A stretch of DNA of 64,000 nucleotides, taken from NCBI GenBank assembly GCA_965263035.1, contig OZ253580.1, positions 1,408,001 to 1,472,000 on the forward strand, given 5' to 3'. Position 1 is the first letter of the stretch. Each line of letters begins with the position of its first letter. Source of the stretch: Acidobacteriota bacterium. Its GTDB lineage: Bacteria > Acidobacteriota > UBA6911 > RPQK01 > JAJDTT01. Positions 19,298-29,080 of this stretch are shown here, piece by piece. Below the pieces are notes generated by a model, which was not told the origin of the DNA, made no database searches, and was given only the letters and a program-made list of their open reading frames with translations. The position numbers were made by a program, and so were the translations under genes.

Positions 19298-19463
19298 CTA
19301 GAGTCTGCGCGGTAGAAATGATCGTAGCGAGAAAGTGGGGAATCGAGGCCAGATTTTCTCGATTTGGAGGTGCATAGTTGTTCTATTCGCCGAGAAATCG
19401 AGGAAATATGGACCGATTCTACCGCTTTCGCAGTAGATCGATTTCTGCGGCGCAGGCTCCTAG
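19298..19463 (-). mobile_element. MITE-A copy 2 (inverted)
   Basis: Reverse complement of 13382-13548, bounded by CTAG. Confidence 0.9.
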
Positions 19464-19482
19464 CCTGATTGCCGAAGGGTTC

Positions 19483-20156
19483 CTATTGCCGGAAGAGTTC
19501 GTATGCCTCAGGGAGGAAAATCCGGGCGGTCATGATCTCCGTCATGGGGATGACGACCCGAAAATCTCCATACGCCAATCCGGATGACCCCTCAAGGGAC
19601 CTCCATATCATAGGCGCATAGTTGGTCTTGACTACCAACTCCTGTTTGTCTTTATCGCGGTAGCCGCTAGCCATCGGGACGATCTTAATATCGCCCTCAC
19701 CCTGGCTTTCGATTCCGCTCTTGAGGGGGAAGCCAATGTATACCTTTCTGCTCTTCAGCGAGATCTCAACCAGCCTTTGATTCTCGATGGATTCCGCGAC
19801 GAGCAACTCAATGAGGTCACCGCCTCTTTCTGCTACTCGTCAAGCGGCCTGTTCTTCGCTGTAGAAACGGTTGCCCACAAACGGCAGCACGAAGCCCAAC
19901 AGGGCACTCGGCAGTATTGCCGTCGAGGAGTAGGGGATTGATCCGTACGACGTCCATGCCGGGTCTATCCAAGACCAATAATAGTGCAGAGGAAGAACCA
20001 TCAAGTGTCCAATCCCCGCCAGAATGCCGCCGAGACCGCGGCCCGGAAGAAGACATGGTAACCGGAATCACGCAGAGCGCCGTAGCGGGTGAAGTAGAGA
20101 TGGGTCAGGAACCAGTATCCACCCAGAGCCGAGACGAGAAACAGACCAAGACCCAA
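19483..20156 (-). pseudogene. Degraded membrane protein gene of unknown function
   Basis: TTG start after an AGGA RBS reading LGLGLFLVSALGGYWF...; frameshift near 20030 and in-frame TGA at 19840-19842; C-terminal part is ORF 19483-19806. Confidence 0.65.
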
Positions 20157-20192
20157 GGGCAACAGTTCCTGACAGATTGATGGCGTTGATCC

Positions 20193-20390
20193 TTACTGGC
20201 GTTTTTCCGGAGATGCACCGGACGAATCCCTTCCAAAGTCAAGTTTCGCCATTTTTTCGATGACGGCGCGCGCCCGCTTGCTGCGGAGCAGATCATCTGC
20301 TTTGACGTACAGCGCGCCCTTTGGCGTCACGTACACCGGAGGACGTTCCGGGTCCGTTGACGACGGTGCCTTTGGCGAAGTCTTCGTCAT
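20193..20390 (-). CDS. Small hypothetical protein
   Basis: 65 aa with a strong AAGGAG RBS; lies directly upstream of the pseudogene. Confidence 0.55.
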   Translation of the reverse strand: MTKTSPKAPSSTDPERPPVYVTPKGALYVKADDLLRSKRARAVIEKMAKLDFGRDSSGASPEKRQ

Positions 20391-20622
20391 GATGTCTCCT
20401 TACTCCATAACGTCCGAAACTCATCGTACATGATCAAGGTGCTTTCGGACATGGAGCGGACCCGGCCAGCCCTCAAGATGGGCTGAAGTTCGAGCCTGCC
20501 CGGTTCTTCCTTTCATCGGAAGGGAGACCGTGTCGCTTGTAATTCACGGCGACCCGACATTAGGCGTCGCCGGGAGCGCATCCCCATATGCGGTGCGAAG
20601 CGGGGACCCTTGCCCCGAACCG

Positions 20623-21549
20623 TCAACGCAACAGATAGGCCAAGGCCAGGCCGACCTGGGCCGTCAGCGTCAGGAGATACATCTGCCGCCAACTGGGGTG
20701 GTTCTCCCAGTCCATGCTCCCTTCCCATTCCTGCGAAGACCGGACCAGCAGGAGGATGATCCAACCGCCCCAACCGGCGAGAATCAGCCCCAGGCCCGCC
20801 AGCAGCGCCGGTTGTCCGGACAGCAGCCCGAAGACCGCGCCCGGGACGAGGGCCAGAAATGGCAGTACAAAGAAAGGCGCGATGATCCGGATCGACCGGT
20901 GCACGCCATAGATAACGGGAAGCGTCCGGCAGCCGCCCCGGCGGTCCCCCTCCACGTCGGAGAAGTCCTTCGTGGTGACGGCCCCCAGGAAATAGACTCC
21001 CAGGATCGCACCGAGCACCCAAGGCTCCGGCTGCAGCACATGCTTCACGGTGGACCAACCGGCCACCGGGAGCAGCGTTCCCCGGACGACGGCGATGGTC
21101 AGGTTGGCCCAGATGCCTCGAGACTTGGTCCGGAATGGAGGCGCCGAGTAGAGACAGGTTCCCAGGGCGCCTCCGAGAACGACGAGAAAGCACTGGTAAT
21201 TGATCCAGATGGCCAGCAGCAGGGCGACCACCAGGAAGACCAGACTGAGGCCCCAGGCTTCCGGCATGGAGATGCGGCCCGATGGCAGCATGCGGTGAGG
21301 CTTGTTGATACGATCGATCTCCAGGTCGCAGATCTGGTTGAGGCCGTTGGAAAAGGCGTTCAGCGCGGCCGCCAGAACGGCTCCGGCCAAGATCCGCAGA
21401 ATGATCTCCTCACCCCCCGGGCTCCAGTCGGATACTCCCTTCGGATCCACCGAGAGCCCCATGAGTGCGCCGCAGACCATTCCCAGCGCCGGCACCAGCA
21501 GGGTGAAGGGGCGAATGAACCGGAAGTAACGGACGATTGGTTCAGGCAT
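20623..21549 (-). CDS. UbiA-family prenyltransferase (HPT/ChlG/DGGGPS-like)
   Basis: NQICDLEIDRINKPHRMLPSG and KDFSDVEGDRRGGCRTLP Asp-rich motifs; YSAPPFR; multiple TM segments. Confidence 0.9.
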   Translation of the reverse strand: MPEPIVRYFRFIRPFTLLVPALGMVCGALMGLSVDPKGVSDWSPGGEEIILRILAGAVLAAALNAFSNGLNQICDLEIDRINKPHRMLPSGRISMPEAWGLSLVFLVVALLLAIWINYQCFLVVLGGALGTCLYSAPPFRTKSRGIWANLTIAVVRGTLLPVAGWSTVKHVLQPEPWVLGAILGVYFLGAVTTKDFSDVEGDRRGGCRTLPVIYGVHRSIRIIAPFFVLPFLALVPGAVFGLLSGQPALLAGLGLILAGWGGWIILLLVRSSQEWEGSMDWENHPSWRQMYLLTLTAQVGLALAYLLR

Positions 21550-21642
21550 GACGCGGCGGGTGCTTTACCTCGAAGCCCGGAAGGCACGGGCAACCGGCAG
21601 CGATTCCGAGTCGTCGGGAATCCATCGGCGCCGATCCATTTC

Positions 21643-22974
21643 TCAAGGGGTCGCCGGGGAACGGAAAAGGAACCAGATTCCCCCGCTGGCGCAGGCTCCC
21701 GCCAACGTATTGTACAAGTTGAGCACCTGGTGCCGGCCCGGGCCGTCCCGCCCGTCGCCGGCCAGCCAAGACTCGACTCCATTCCCCGCAATGGCTCCGG
21801 CCGCCAACGCCGGCAGTGCCGACGCAGGAATCCAGCTCCACAGGACCGGAACCGACGAAACCGCCAGGGCCGCAACCGATCCGGCCAGCGTGCCCGCAAG
21901 TGAAACGGCGCCGGGAGTCCCCACCGGAACCGGCTTGAAGGTGCGGAGATCCCTGGGAGTCCGTCCCAACCACTGCCCGATCTCGGTGGCGACCGTGTCC
22001 AGGGTGGCGGCGGCCAGGGCGCCGGTGTAGGCCACTCGCGCCACCGTGCTGTCGGCCCAGAAAAACAGCAGCGCCAGGATGCCCGCGACCAGACCCTTGG
22101 ACAGAACGTTGGCCACGCCTCTCCGTCCGAGATTCTCTTCCGCGACTCCCAGAGCCTCCTTCCGTCCCTTCCCCAACCAGGTGCTGAACCCGCCCAGGAA
22201 GAAAAAGAGGCAGAGGACGACATAGCCCGCGGGTCCCGCCGAGAGATAGACGCCGATCCCCAGGACCAGCCCGGCGGCGGCGCCGCGCCAGGAGATCCAA
22301 CCCACCATCAGACTGAGGCCGGCCAGGAGCAAGTTGATTCCAACCGCGTGGGACCAGGGCGCGGCCAGCTCGGGAATCAGGTCGGGCGCGCCCAGGAGCA
22401 GCGGGAAGATCCCGGCGCCGACCACCACGATGACCAGATTGTCGTCCACCAGGTTCGGCAACGACTCGGCCAAGGCGCAGACCAGGGAACCGAAAAGACA
22501 GAAGGCTGCCAGCGTGAGACTGGAAATTCCGTCCGATTGCGGCAGGTTCCAGACCAGGAGTGTCCAGGATCCCGCCGTCGCCGCCAGGAAGAAGCCAAGG
22601 GAGCCGCCCAGGCTCTTCTCCCGATTGTAGGGGAGTGGGACCCAGGGCCACCGCCGTCCCGCCAAGTTGGAAACCGAGTCTCCCACCGCCAGAACGGCCC
22701 AGACGGCCGCCGCGACGTGAAGGCGCTCGCGAAACAGGAGAAGCAGCATCATGATTCCGAAGGCGTAGTAGAGCTTGCCGGCGGAGTATCCCGCCTCCCG
22801 TTCCGAACCCCGCGTCGTCACCCGGATCCAACGAGGGGAAATGAACGCGGCGTAGAAAAACGAAAAGAGGCTCAGGAGAAGGATCAGCCCGTAGTCCACG
22901 TAGGGAAGGAGAAAGGCGAAGGCCAGGGGCAGCACATGTTCCAGCTGCCTCAGGTCCTCTCTTCCGTCCTTCAT
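21643..22974 (-). CDS. Phytol/dolichol-kinase-like domain fused to DUF92 (TMEM19/VTE6-like)
   Basis: EDLRQLEH, LAVGDSVSNLAGRRW, NREKSLGGSL, AESLPNLVDDN; then RRGVANVLSKG, DTVATEIG, VPVGTPGAVSLAGT, NLYNT. Confidence 0.82.
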   Translation of the reverse strand: MKDGREDLRQLEHVLPLAFAFLLPYVDYGLILLLSLFSFFYAAFISPRWIRVTTRGSEREAGYSAGKLYYAFGIMMLLLLFRERLHVAAAVWAVLAVGDSVSNLAGRRWPWVPLPYNREKSLGGSLGFFLAATAGSWTLLVWNLPQSDGISSLTLAAFCLFGSLVCALAESLPNLVDDNLVIVVVGAGIFPLLLGAPDLIPELAAPWSHAVGINLLLAGLSLMVGWISWRGAAAGLVLGIGVYLSAGPAGYVVLCLFFFLGGFSTWLGKGRKEALGVAEENLGRRGVANVLSKGLVAGILALLFFWADSTVARVAYTGALAAATLDTVATEIGQWLGRTPRDLRTFKPVPVGTPGAVSLAGTLAGSVAALAVSSVPVLWSWIPASALPALAAGAIAGNGVESWLAGDGRDGPGRHQVLNLYNTLAGACASGGIWFLFRSPATP

Positions 22975-23894
22975 GATCCCATCCAACGGTTCGTGCTGCT
23001 CAGGCCCTCCTCCAGGGAGCGGGCCGAGTAGCCCAGATGGGAGCGGGCCTTGCCCGAGGAAAACCGCCAGTTCTGGAGAAAGAACTCGGCCGTGGAGGGG
23101 ACCAGCAACGGCGAGGTCCCCCGCAGTCGCGCGCTCCAGTCCTCCAACCGGGCGGCGGCGCGAAACAGCCCGTCCGGGAGACCCAGGGGAACGATCGGCA
23201 CGTCCGCAACCCTTCGGAAGGTCGCATACAGATCCCGGAGCGTCCGGTTTTCGCCTCCCAGGACGAAATCCTCTCCGGGGTCGGCATCCAGGCATCGAAC
23301 CAGAGCCTCGGCGACGTCGTCCACGTAGACGAAGTTCCAGCAGGGGGCCCCGCGGCCGGGCAGTGCCGCCACACGCAGCTTCTTCCACCGCCGAAGGAGA
23401 CGCACCAGCAGGTTCCCCTCCGTCATCGGCCCGGGGCCGTACACGACGGTGGGAAAGACCGTGTTCATGGGAAGCCGTTCCTTCCACCGGCCGGCCAGTC
23501 GAAATGCCTCGAATTTGCTCTGGTCGTACCCGTGGAAGAATCGGGTCCTGTCGGGAATTCGTTCCTCGGTATGGATCCCGTCGCCGCTGGGGCCAAAGAT
23601 GGTGAACGAGGAGACATGGACCATCCTGGCAACCCGGTGGCGCCGAGCCAGTTCCAGGACGTTCCTCAAACCGTCCACGTTGACCCGGAGGAAGGGGCCG
23701 GGCCGGGCCTGGACCAGGGCGGCCAGATGAAACACGGCCTCAGCGTCCCGGAAGCTGGGCTCCAAGGTCCGGATGCGGGTCACGTCCTGGCCCCGGGATC
23801 GCGAAGCCACGGTCACGTCGTGCCCTTGCTCCCTTAGCCTTCGCACCAGGACACTCCCCAGGAAGCCTGTCCCGCCCGTGACCAGGCACCTCAT
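22971..23894 (-). CDS. Extended SDR NAD-dependent reductase (FLDH/HpnA-like)
   Basis: VTGGTGFLG, YDQSK, VYGPGPMTEGN, FVYVDDVA, GGEN. Confidence 0.85.
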   Translation of the reverse strand: MRCLVTGGTGFLGSVLVRRLREQGHDVTVASRSRGQDVTRIRTLEPSFRDAEAVFHLAALVQARPGPFLRVNVDGLRNVLELARRHRVARMVHVSSFTIFGPSGDGIHTEERIPDRTRFFHGYDQSKFEAFRLAGRWKERLPMNTVFPTVVYGPGPMTEGNLLVRLLRRWKKLRVAALPGRGAPCWNFVYVDDVAEALVRCLDADPGEDFVLGGENRTLRDLYATFRRVADVPIVPLGLPDGLFRAAARLEDWSARLRGTSPLLVPSTAEFFLQNWRFSSGKARSHLGYSARSLEEGLSSTNRWMGS

Positions 23895-25873
23895 GGCGAT
23901 TCGAATGACCAGGCGCGGCCGTCCAGGGGCTCAGGATCTTCGACCTGAAACAACCGGTACAGCGTCGGCGCCACGTCCATGATGTGAGGATTCTCCGTAA
24001 CGATGGTGCGATTTGAGACCGCGAAACCCGCGGTGTCCGAAAAATCGGAAGCACAGTGGTCGCCGCTCCATTTCCTGAGGTTGGCGACGAGGACGTGCTC
24101 GGGCACCGCACCCAGGGCCGTCTGCCACGAAGTCCGGTAACCGGAGCGGAAGCTGAGCTGGATGTCTCCGGCATGCTCGATCTCTTCACCGGTGTAGATC
24201 TCGTCCCTGAAATAAGCGTTCTGCAGCACCGGTTCTCCGGTTTCCGGGTCCCGATACTCGAGAATATCGCGAGAGATTTCCCGGACCAGATCCATATAGC
24301 CGCGGCCGGGTTCGACGATTCCCTGACCCTCCCGCCCCTTCAGGTTCACGTAGATATGGCCCAGGCCCAGGGCGTAGGCTCGAGTCCGGCTCCAGTCCAC
24401 GTTGGGGAAGAAGCTTCCGCCGCGATAGACCTGCTCCATCCGCTTCAGATCAGTGTCGGCCCGCACGCCTTTGAGAACCACGAAACCATTCTCCAGGAGC
24501 CAGGTGTTGGTGTTGAATTCCTTGCGCCAGGAGTGAAACCCATGATCGGAAACGACCAGCAGCAGGTCCTGGGGATCCAGGTGCTCCAGGACTCGGGAAA
24601 GGATGGAGTCCATTTTCCGGTAGACGTTCAACAGGAATCTGCCGTAGGCCTGTGCGGCCTCCGGGTCGTAACGGGGATGATGGGGGTCGATGAAGCGGTA
24701 GAACATGTGGGCGGCGCTGTCGGTGGCCGTGAAAACGGCCGTGTACAGGGACGCCTTACCTCGTTCCAGCTCGTGCATCAGGAGCCGCTCCAGATGGTTC
24801 ATGTTGCGGAAGAGGTCCTCCAGAAAGACCTGCTCGTCGATCTGCTCCTCGTTCAGGCCCCAGGTCTCGTGGACCCAGCCGAGAGTCTTGAACGGGAAGA
24901 GTTGGGCGGCCAGGTCTTCCGAGTAACCGGCCGGACTCGATAGAGGCAGGATGGGATCGGCCGGATCGAGGCTGATGGGCATCAGGTAGAGCCTCACTTC
25001 GGGAAATGTCTCCAGTACGTAGAAGCGGCTGATTCCGCGGATCTTGACCAGGGGCCCCGCGGAGAAGGCGAAGCGGAACCAGTCGCTCCACTGTCCCTCG
25101 TCGACCTCCTCTTCCTGATCCTGGAGCCTCAGCGTCAGGGAGGTCGACTGCGGGTCCAACTCCACCGACAGCGGGATCGTCAGCCGGACCAGGTCCTCTT
25201 CTCTGGGGTCGGCGGGTCCGTCGATCTGCGCTTGAAAACGGCCGTCCTGCTCTTCCAGGCGGATCACCCGGCCGCCGAACTCCGTATCCTGCAGGTCCCA
25301 GCGGCTCACGTCGGTGGAGAGGTAGAAGTAGGTCCCCCAGGTCCCCCGGACGTCGGGCACGCCCAGCCCCGACAGCGTGGTCCCATGGTCCAGGGACCGG
25401 GCCGGGAACTCCAGGGGAAGCCGCAGATTGGCGGTGACGATGCCGGATCGATCCAGTTGCTCCCAAAAGGGGACGCCCTTGCGGTTGTTGGTCAATCGGG
25501 CTCCGCGGATGGGGATGGTCTTGAACAGGAAGCGAGGCTTTTCCACCGTCACCAGCCCGATGTCGGGCATGTAGGTGACCGGGTCCCGCCGGAGAAAGTC
25601 GAAGATTCCGTGCCGGCCTGGATTGAGTCCGGTGGCGAAACTGGCCCAGGCCACGGGGGACGCGGGAGGGTTGGTGGTTCCCAGGGTCGACAGGGTCCCC
25701 TGCTCCCCCAGGCGGCGGATAGTGGGAAGCTCTTCGATCCATCGATCCACCAGGTCGGGATCCACACCGTCGAAGCCCAGGACCACGACCTTGAACCCTG
25801 TACGCCTGGGGTCAGGCGTACAGAAGGATCCCAGAAGGACGATCAGAATGAGTCCCAGCCGACTCCAGGTCAT
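23891..25873 (-). CDS. Alkaline-phosphatase-superfamily phosphodiesterase, secreted or lipoprotein
   Basis: VVVLGFDG, SPVAWASFATGLNPGRHGIFDF, VSDHGF, WSGDH, DVAPT. Confidence 0.85.
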   Translation of the reverse strand: MTWSRLGLILIVLLGSFCTPDPRRTGFKVVVLGFDGVDPDLVDRWIEELPTIRRLGEQGTLSTLGTTNPPASPVAWASFATGLNPGRHGIFDFLRRDPVTYMPDIGLVTVEKPRFLFKTIPIRGARLTNNRKGVPFWEQLDRSGIVTANLRLPLEFPARSLDHGTTLSGLGVPDVRGTWGTYFYLSTDVSRWDLQDTEFGGRVIRLEEQDGRFQAQIDGPADPREEDLVRLTIPLSVELDPQSTSLTLRLQDQEEEVDEGQWSDWFRFAFSAGPLVKIRGISRFYVLETFPEVRLYLMPISLDPADPILPLSSPAGYSEDLAAQLFPFKTLGWVHETWGLNEEQIDEQVFLEDLFRNMNHLERLLMHELERGKASLYTAVFTATDSAAHMFYRFIDPHHPRYDPEAAQAYGRFLLNVYRKMDSILSRVLEHLDPQDLLLVVSDHGFHSWRKEFNTNTWLLENGFVVLKGVRADTDLKRMEQVYRGGSFFPNVDWSRTRAYALGLGHIYVNLKGREGQGIVEPGRGYMDLVREISRDILEYRDPETGEPVLQNAYFRDEIYTGEEIEHAGDIQLSFRSGYRTSWQTALGAVPEHVLVANLRKWSGDHCASDFSDTAGFAVSNRTIVTENPHIMDVAPTLYRLFQVEDPEPLDGRAWSFESP

Positions 25874-26040
25874 GATCCCTCCCGCGTCCGTTCTTTGGGC
25901 GGAGTGGTCCCGGCTTGCATATCCGCCGTCCAGTCTACTACGACCCCGCGAATCTCAGACACAGGGAACGAACCACCGGCGCAGGGACCACGGCAGGTTC
26001 ACGACTTCGCCTTTCGTCCCCAGAATGGGTCCTCGGTTAA

Positions 26041-26203
26041 CAGCCCGTGGCAAAAGTCGTCACGGCATTCGACCGTCCCTGCATCGTGCGCGGACTGCGT
26101 TGCGAACTCGGTCACATACTCCCGGTAGGCTCCCTCATTGCGCCTTGTCCGGCGGCGGGCGCAGGAATGGTCTCGGTGCTCGCGGGACTTTCACCACGGA
26201 CTG
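26041..26203 (+). mobile_element. MITE-B copy (163 bp)
   Basis: TIRs CAGCCCGTGGCAAAAGTC / GACTTTCACCACGGACTG; TTAA duplicated at 26037-26040 and 26204-26207. Confidence 0.87.
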
Positions 26204-26334
26204 TTAAACGCCCATGTGGACGAGTGTCGAGACAGCATATTCCAAGACTCGCCGCGGCCCGATATCGGGTCCGTTCGTTGACACCATCCGGGCCCTTCAC
26301 TAAGATGCATTCTCCGCAAGCGGGGGAGCCAAGT

Positions 26335-26832
26335 GTGGAGCAAATCGTCTTTTACGTGTTTGCAGCCGTAGCCGTCGGCTCCGCTCTCATGGTGATCCTC
26401 CAGCAGCGCGCCGTCTACAGCGCATTCTCCCTGATCGTCTGCTTCGGCGCTTTGGCCGTCCTCTACTTTCAGTTGGGAGCCGCCCTCGTCGCCGCTCTGC
26501 AGGTCATCGTTTACGCCGGGGCCATCATGGTCCTGTTCCTGTTCGTGATCATGCTTCTGGATCCGAAGTCGGAGATTTTCGGTCCCGACCGGTTCAAGAA
26601 GACGGCCTTGGCCGCATTGCCCGCGGCCGCCTTTCTGGCGTTTGTCCTGCTTCGCGTCTTCCCGGCGTGGAGTCCCCGCGGATCAGGCGACCCCCTCGGA
26701 TCAGGCGAAGGTCCGAAGCGGATCGCCCAGCTTCTCTTCCGGGACTATCTGCTGCCCTTCGAGGTCACCTCCATCCTGATTCTGGTGGCCATTCTGGGCG
26801 CCGTCGTCCTGGTCAAGCATAGTCCCGATTGA
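26335..26832 (+). CDS. nuoJ: NADH-quinone oxidoreductase subunit J
   Basis: QVIVYAGAIMVLFLFVIML, YLLPFEVTSILILVAILGAV. Confidence 0.95.
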   Translation: MEQIVFYVFAAVAVGSALMVILQQRAVYSAFSLIVCFGALAVLYFQLGAALVAALQVIVYAGAIMVLFLFVIMLLDPKSEIFGPDRFKKTALAALPAAAFLAFVLLRVFPAWSPRGSGDPLGSGEGPKRIAQLLFRDYLLPFEVTSILILVAILGAVVLVKHSPD

Positions 26833-27140
26833 TGGGTATGGTCCCTGCCACTCATTACCTGGCGCTGGGCGCGGTTCTCTTCGTCATCGGCGTCGCCGGC
26901 TTCATCGTCAGACGCAACGTCATAACCATGTTCATGTCGGTGGAATTGATGCTCAACGCCGTCAACCTCACGTTTCTGGCCTACGCGCGGACGTGGAGCC
27001 AGGTGGACGCCCACATCTTCGTCTTCTTCGTCATGACCGTGGCCGCGGCGGAGGCGGCGGTGGGTCTGGCGCTGATCCTGGGTCTCGACCGGCACTCCCA
27101 GACCCTGGACATCGACTCCGCCAACAAGCTTCAGGGCTGA
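26829..27140 (+). CDS. nuoK: NADH-quinone oxidoreductase subunit K
   Basis: SVELMLNAVNL, VAAAEAAVGLA. Confidence 0.95.
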   Translation: MMGMVPATHYLALGAVLFVIGVAGFIVRRNVITMFMSVELMLNAVNLTFLAYARTWSQVDAHIFVFFVMTVAAAEAAVGLALILGLDRHSQTLDIDSANKLQG

Positions 27141-27142
27141 CC

Positions 27143-29080
27143 ATGACCGAGTACTTCTGGCTGGCCCTGGTCCCACCCCTCGCCGGCTTCCTGTTCAACG
27201 GCCTGGTGGGAAAGCGGCTGCCGGCTCGCATCGTCTCCGGCGTCGGCTGCGCGGCCACCGGAGCCAGCTTCCTGTTTCTGCTGTCCGTCTTCGCCGAGTT
27301 CATCCGGCTGCCGGCACCGGAGCAGCAGATCGTCCACCGCCTCTTCACCTGGATTCAGGCGGGGACCTTCACCGCCGAGTGCAGCTTCCTGCTGGACCCT
27401 CTGTCCATGATCATGCTCCTGGTCATCACGGGAGTCGGATTCCTGATTCACGTCTACTCCACGGCCTACATGAAGGGTGAGACGGGTCTGTACCGCTATT
27501 TTTCCTACCTCAACCTCTTCGTGTTCATGATGTCCCTGCTGGTGATGGCGGGAAACTACCTGTTGCTGTTCGTGGGGTGGGAAGGGGTGGGCCTCTGCTC
27601 CTATCTCCTGATCGGCTACTACATTGAACGGAAGAACGCCGGCGATGCGGCCAAGAAGGCCTTCGTCGTCAATCGGGTGGGGGACGCCTGTTTTCTGCTG
27701 GGCGTCTTTCTCATCTTCAAGACCTTCGGGACTCTGGAGTTCGGATCCCTCTTCGAAACCGTGAGCCGGACCCATCCCCAACCCGAGAGCGGGTTCACCG
27801 TGCTGGCGGCAATCACTCTGCTCCTGTTTCTGGGGGCGACGGGCAAGAGCGCCCAGATCCCGCTTCAGGTCTGGCTGCCGGACGCCATGGAGGGACCCAC
27901 TCCGGTGAGCGCCCTGATCCACGCCGCCACCATGGTGACCGCCGGCGTCTACCTGGTGGTGCGCTCGGCCGCGCTCTACAGCCGGGCGCCCGACGTGCTC
28001 CTCCTGGTGGCCATCGTCGGAGTCCTGACGGCGCTCCTGGCGGCCCTCACGGCGTTGGTCCAGCGGGACATCAAGAAGGTCCTGGCGTACTCCACCATCA
28101 GCCAACTGGGCTACATGTTCATGGCGCTGGGGGTGGGCGCCTTCAGCACCGGGATCTTTCATCTGTTCACCCACGCCTTCTTCAAGGCCCTGCTCTTCCT
28201 GGGGGCGGGCAGCGTCCTGCTGCGGCTTCATCACGAGTTGGACCTGTTCCGCATGGGGGGGCTGAAGAACTCCCTGAAAGTGACCTGTTGGACCATGTGG
28301 GTGGGGACCGCGGCCCTGGCCGGAATTTTCCCCCTGTCCGGGTTCTTCTCCAAAGACGAGATTCTGTGGAGAGCGCTCGACAGTCCCCTGGGGCATCCGG
28401 TCTTCTGGGTAGCGGGCCTGGTGGTGGCCGGGCTCACCGCCTTCTACATGTGCCGGCTCATGTTCCTGGCCTTCTACGGCAAGGCCGCCCACGGCCACGA
28501 GGAATCCGGCTCGGAAGCGGGAACCGCCGTCACCGCGCCCCTGGCCATCCTGGCCGGAGCGGCGGCGGTCGCCGGAGTCGCCGGTCTGCCGGCCTACCTG
28601 GGCGACCACCGTTTGGACGACTTTCTGGCTCCCGTGTTCCGGTTCACCTACGACCATGGCGTCTCGGCGGGTCACGGAGCCTCCCACAGCCTGGAATTGC
28701 TGGCGGGTGGCGCCGCCCTGGCCGTCAGTCTGTTGGGCGCCGCCCTGGCCTACCGTCTCTACGCCGGAGACCGGTCTCTCCCCCGGCGGCTGGCCGACCG
28801 GTTGCCGGGACTCCACGGCACGCTCCTGCAGCAGTTCCGGATCGATCAGGCCTATTCCCTGTTCGTGGTCGGCGGTCTCAAAGCGCTGTCCAGGCGGGTG
28901 TTGTGGAGAGTCGTCGACGTGGGCATCGTGGACGGAGCGGTCAACGGCACCGCCTCCCTGTTTCGGCGATGGAGCGGCGTGGCGAGCCGGATGCAGAGCG
29001 GGAACACCCGCACCTACGCGGCCTGGATCGTGACCGGCGCCGCCCTCGTTTTCCTGTATCTCTATAGTGTGATCGGTTGA
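27143..29080 (+). CDS. nuoL: NADH-quinone oxidoreductase subunit L
   Basis: GWEGVGLCSYLLIG, WLPDAMEGPTPVSALIHAATMV, HAFFKALLFL. Confidence 0.96.
   Translation: MTEYFWLALVPPLAGFLFNGLVGKRLPARIVSGVGCAATGASFLFLLSVFAEFIRLPAPEQQIVHRLFTWIQAGTFTAECSFLLDPLSMIMLLVITGVGFLIHVYSTAYMKGETGLYRYFSYLNLFVFMMSLLVMAGNYLLLFVGWEGVGLCSYLLIGYYIERKNAGDAAKKAFVVNRVGDACFLLGVFLIFKTFGTLEFGSLFETVSRTHPQPESGFTVLAAITLLLFLGATGKSAQIPLQVWLPDAMEGPTPVSALIHAATMVTAGVYLVVRSAALYSRAPDVLLLVAIVGVLTALLAALTALVQRDIKKVLAYSTISQLGYMFMALGVGAFSTGIFHLFTHAFFKALLFLGAGSVLLRLHHELDLFRMGGLKNSLKVTCWTMWVGTAALAGIFPLSGFFSKDEILWRALDSPLGHPVFWVAGLVVAGLTAFYMCRLMFLAFYGKAAHGHEESGSEAGTAVTAPLAILAGAAAVAGVAGLPAYLGDHRLDDFLAPVFRFTYDHGVSAGHGASHSLELLAGGAALAVSLLGAALAYRLYAGDRSLPRRLADRLPGLHGTLLQQFRIDQAYSLFVVGGLKALSRRVLWRVVDVGIVDGAVNGTASLFRRWSGVASRMQSGNTRTYAAWIVTGAALVFLYLYSVIG

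Noticed and set aside
19378-19587. Short ORFs starting MFYSPRNRGNMDRF (also 13066-13467)
   Set aside because: They originate inside MITE-A and read into unrelated flanks.
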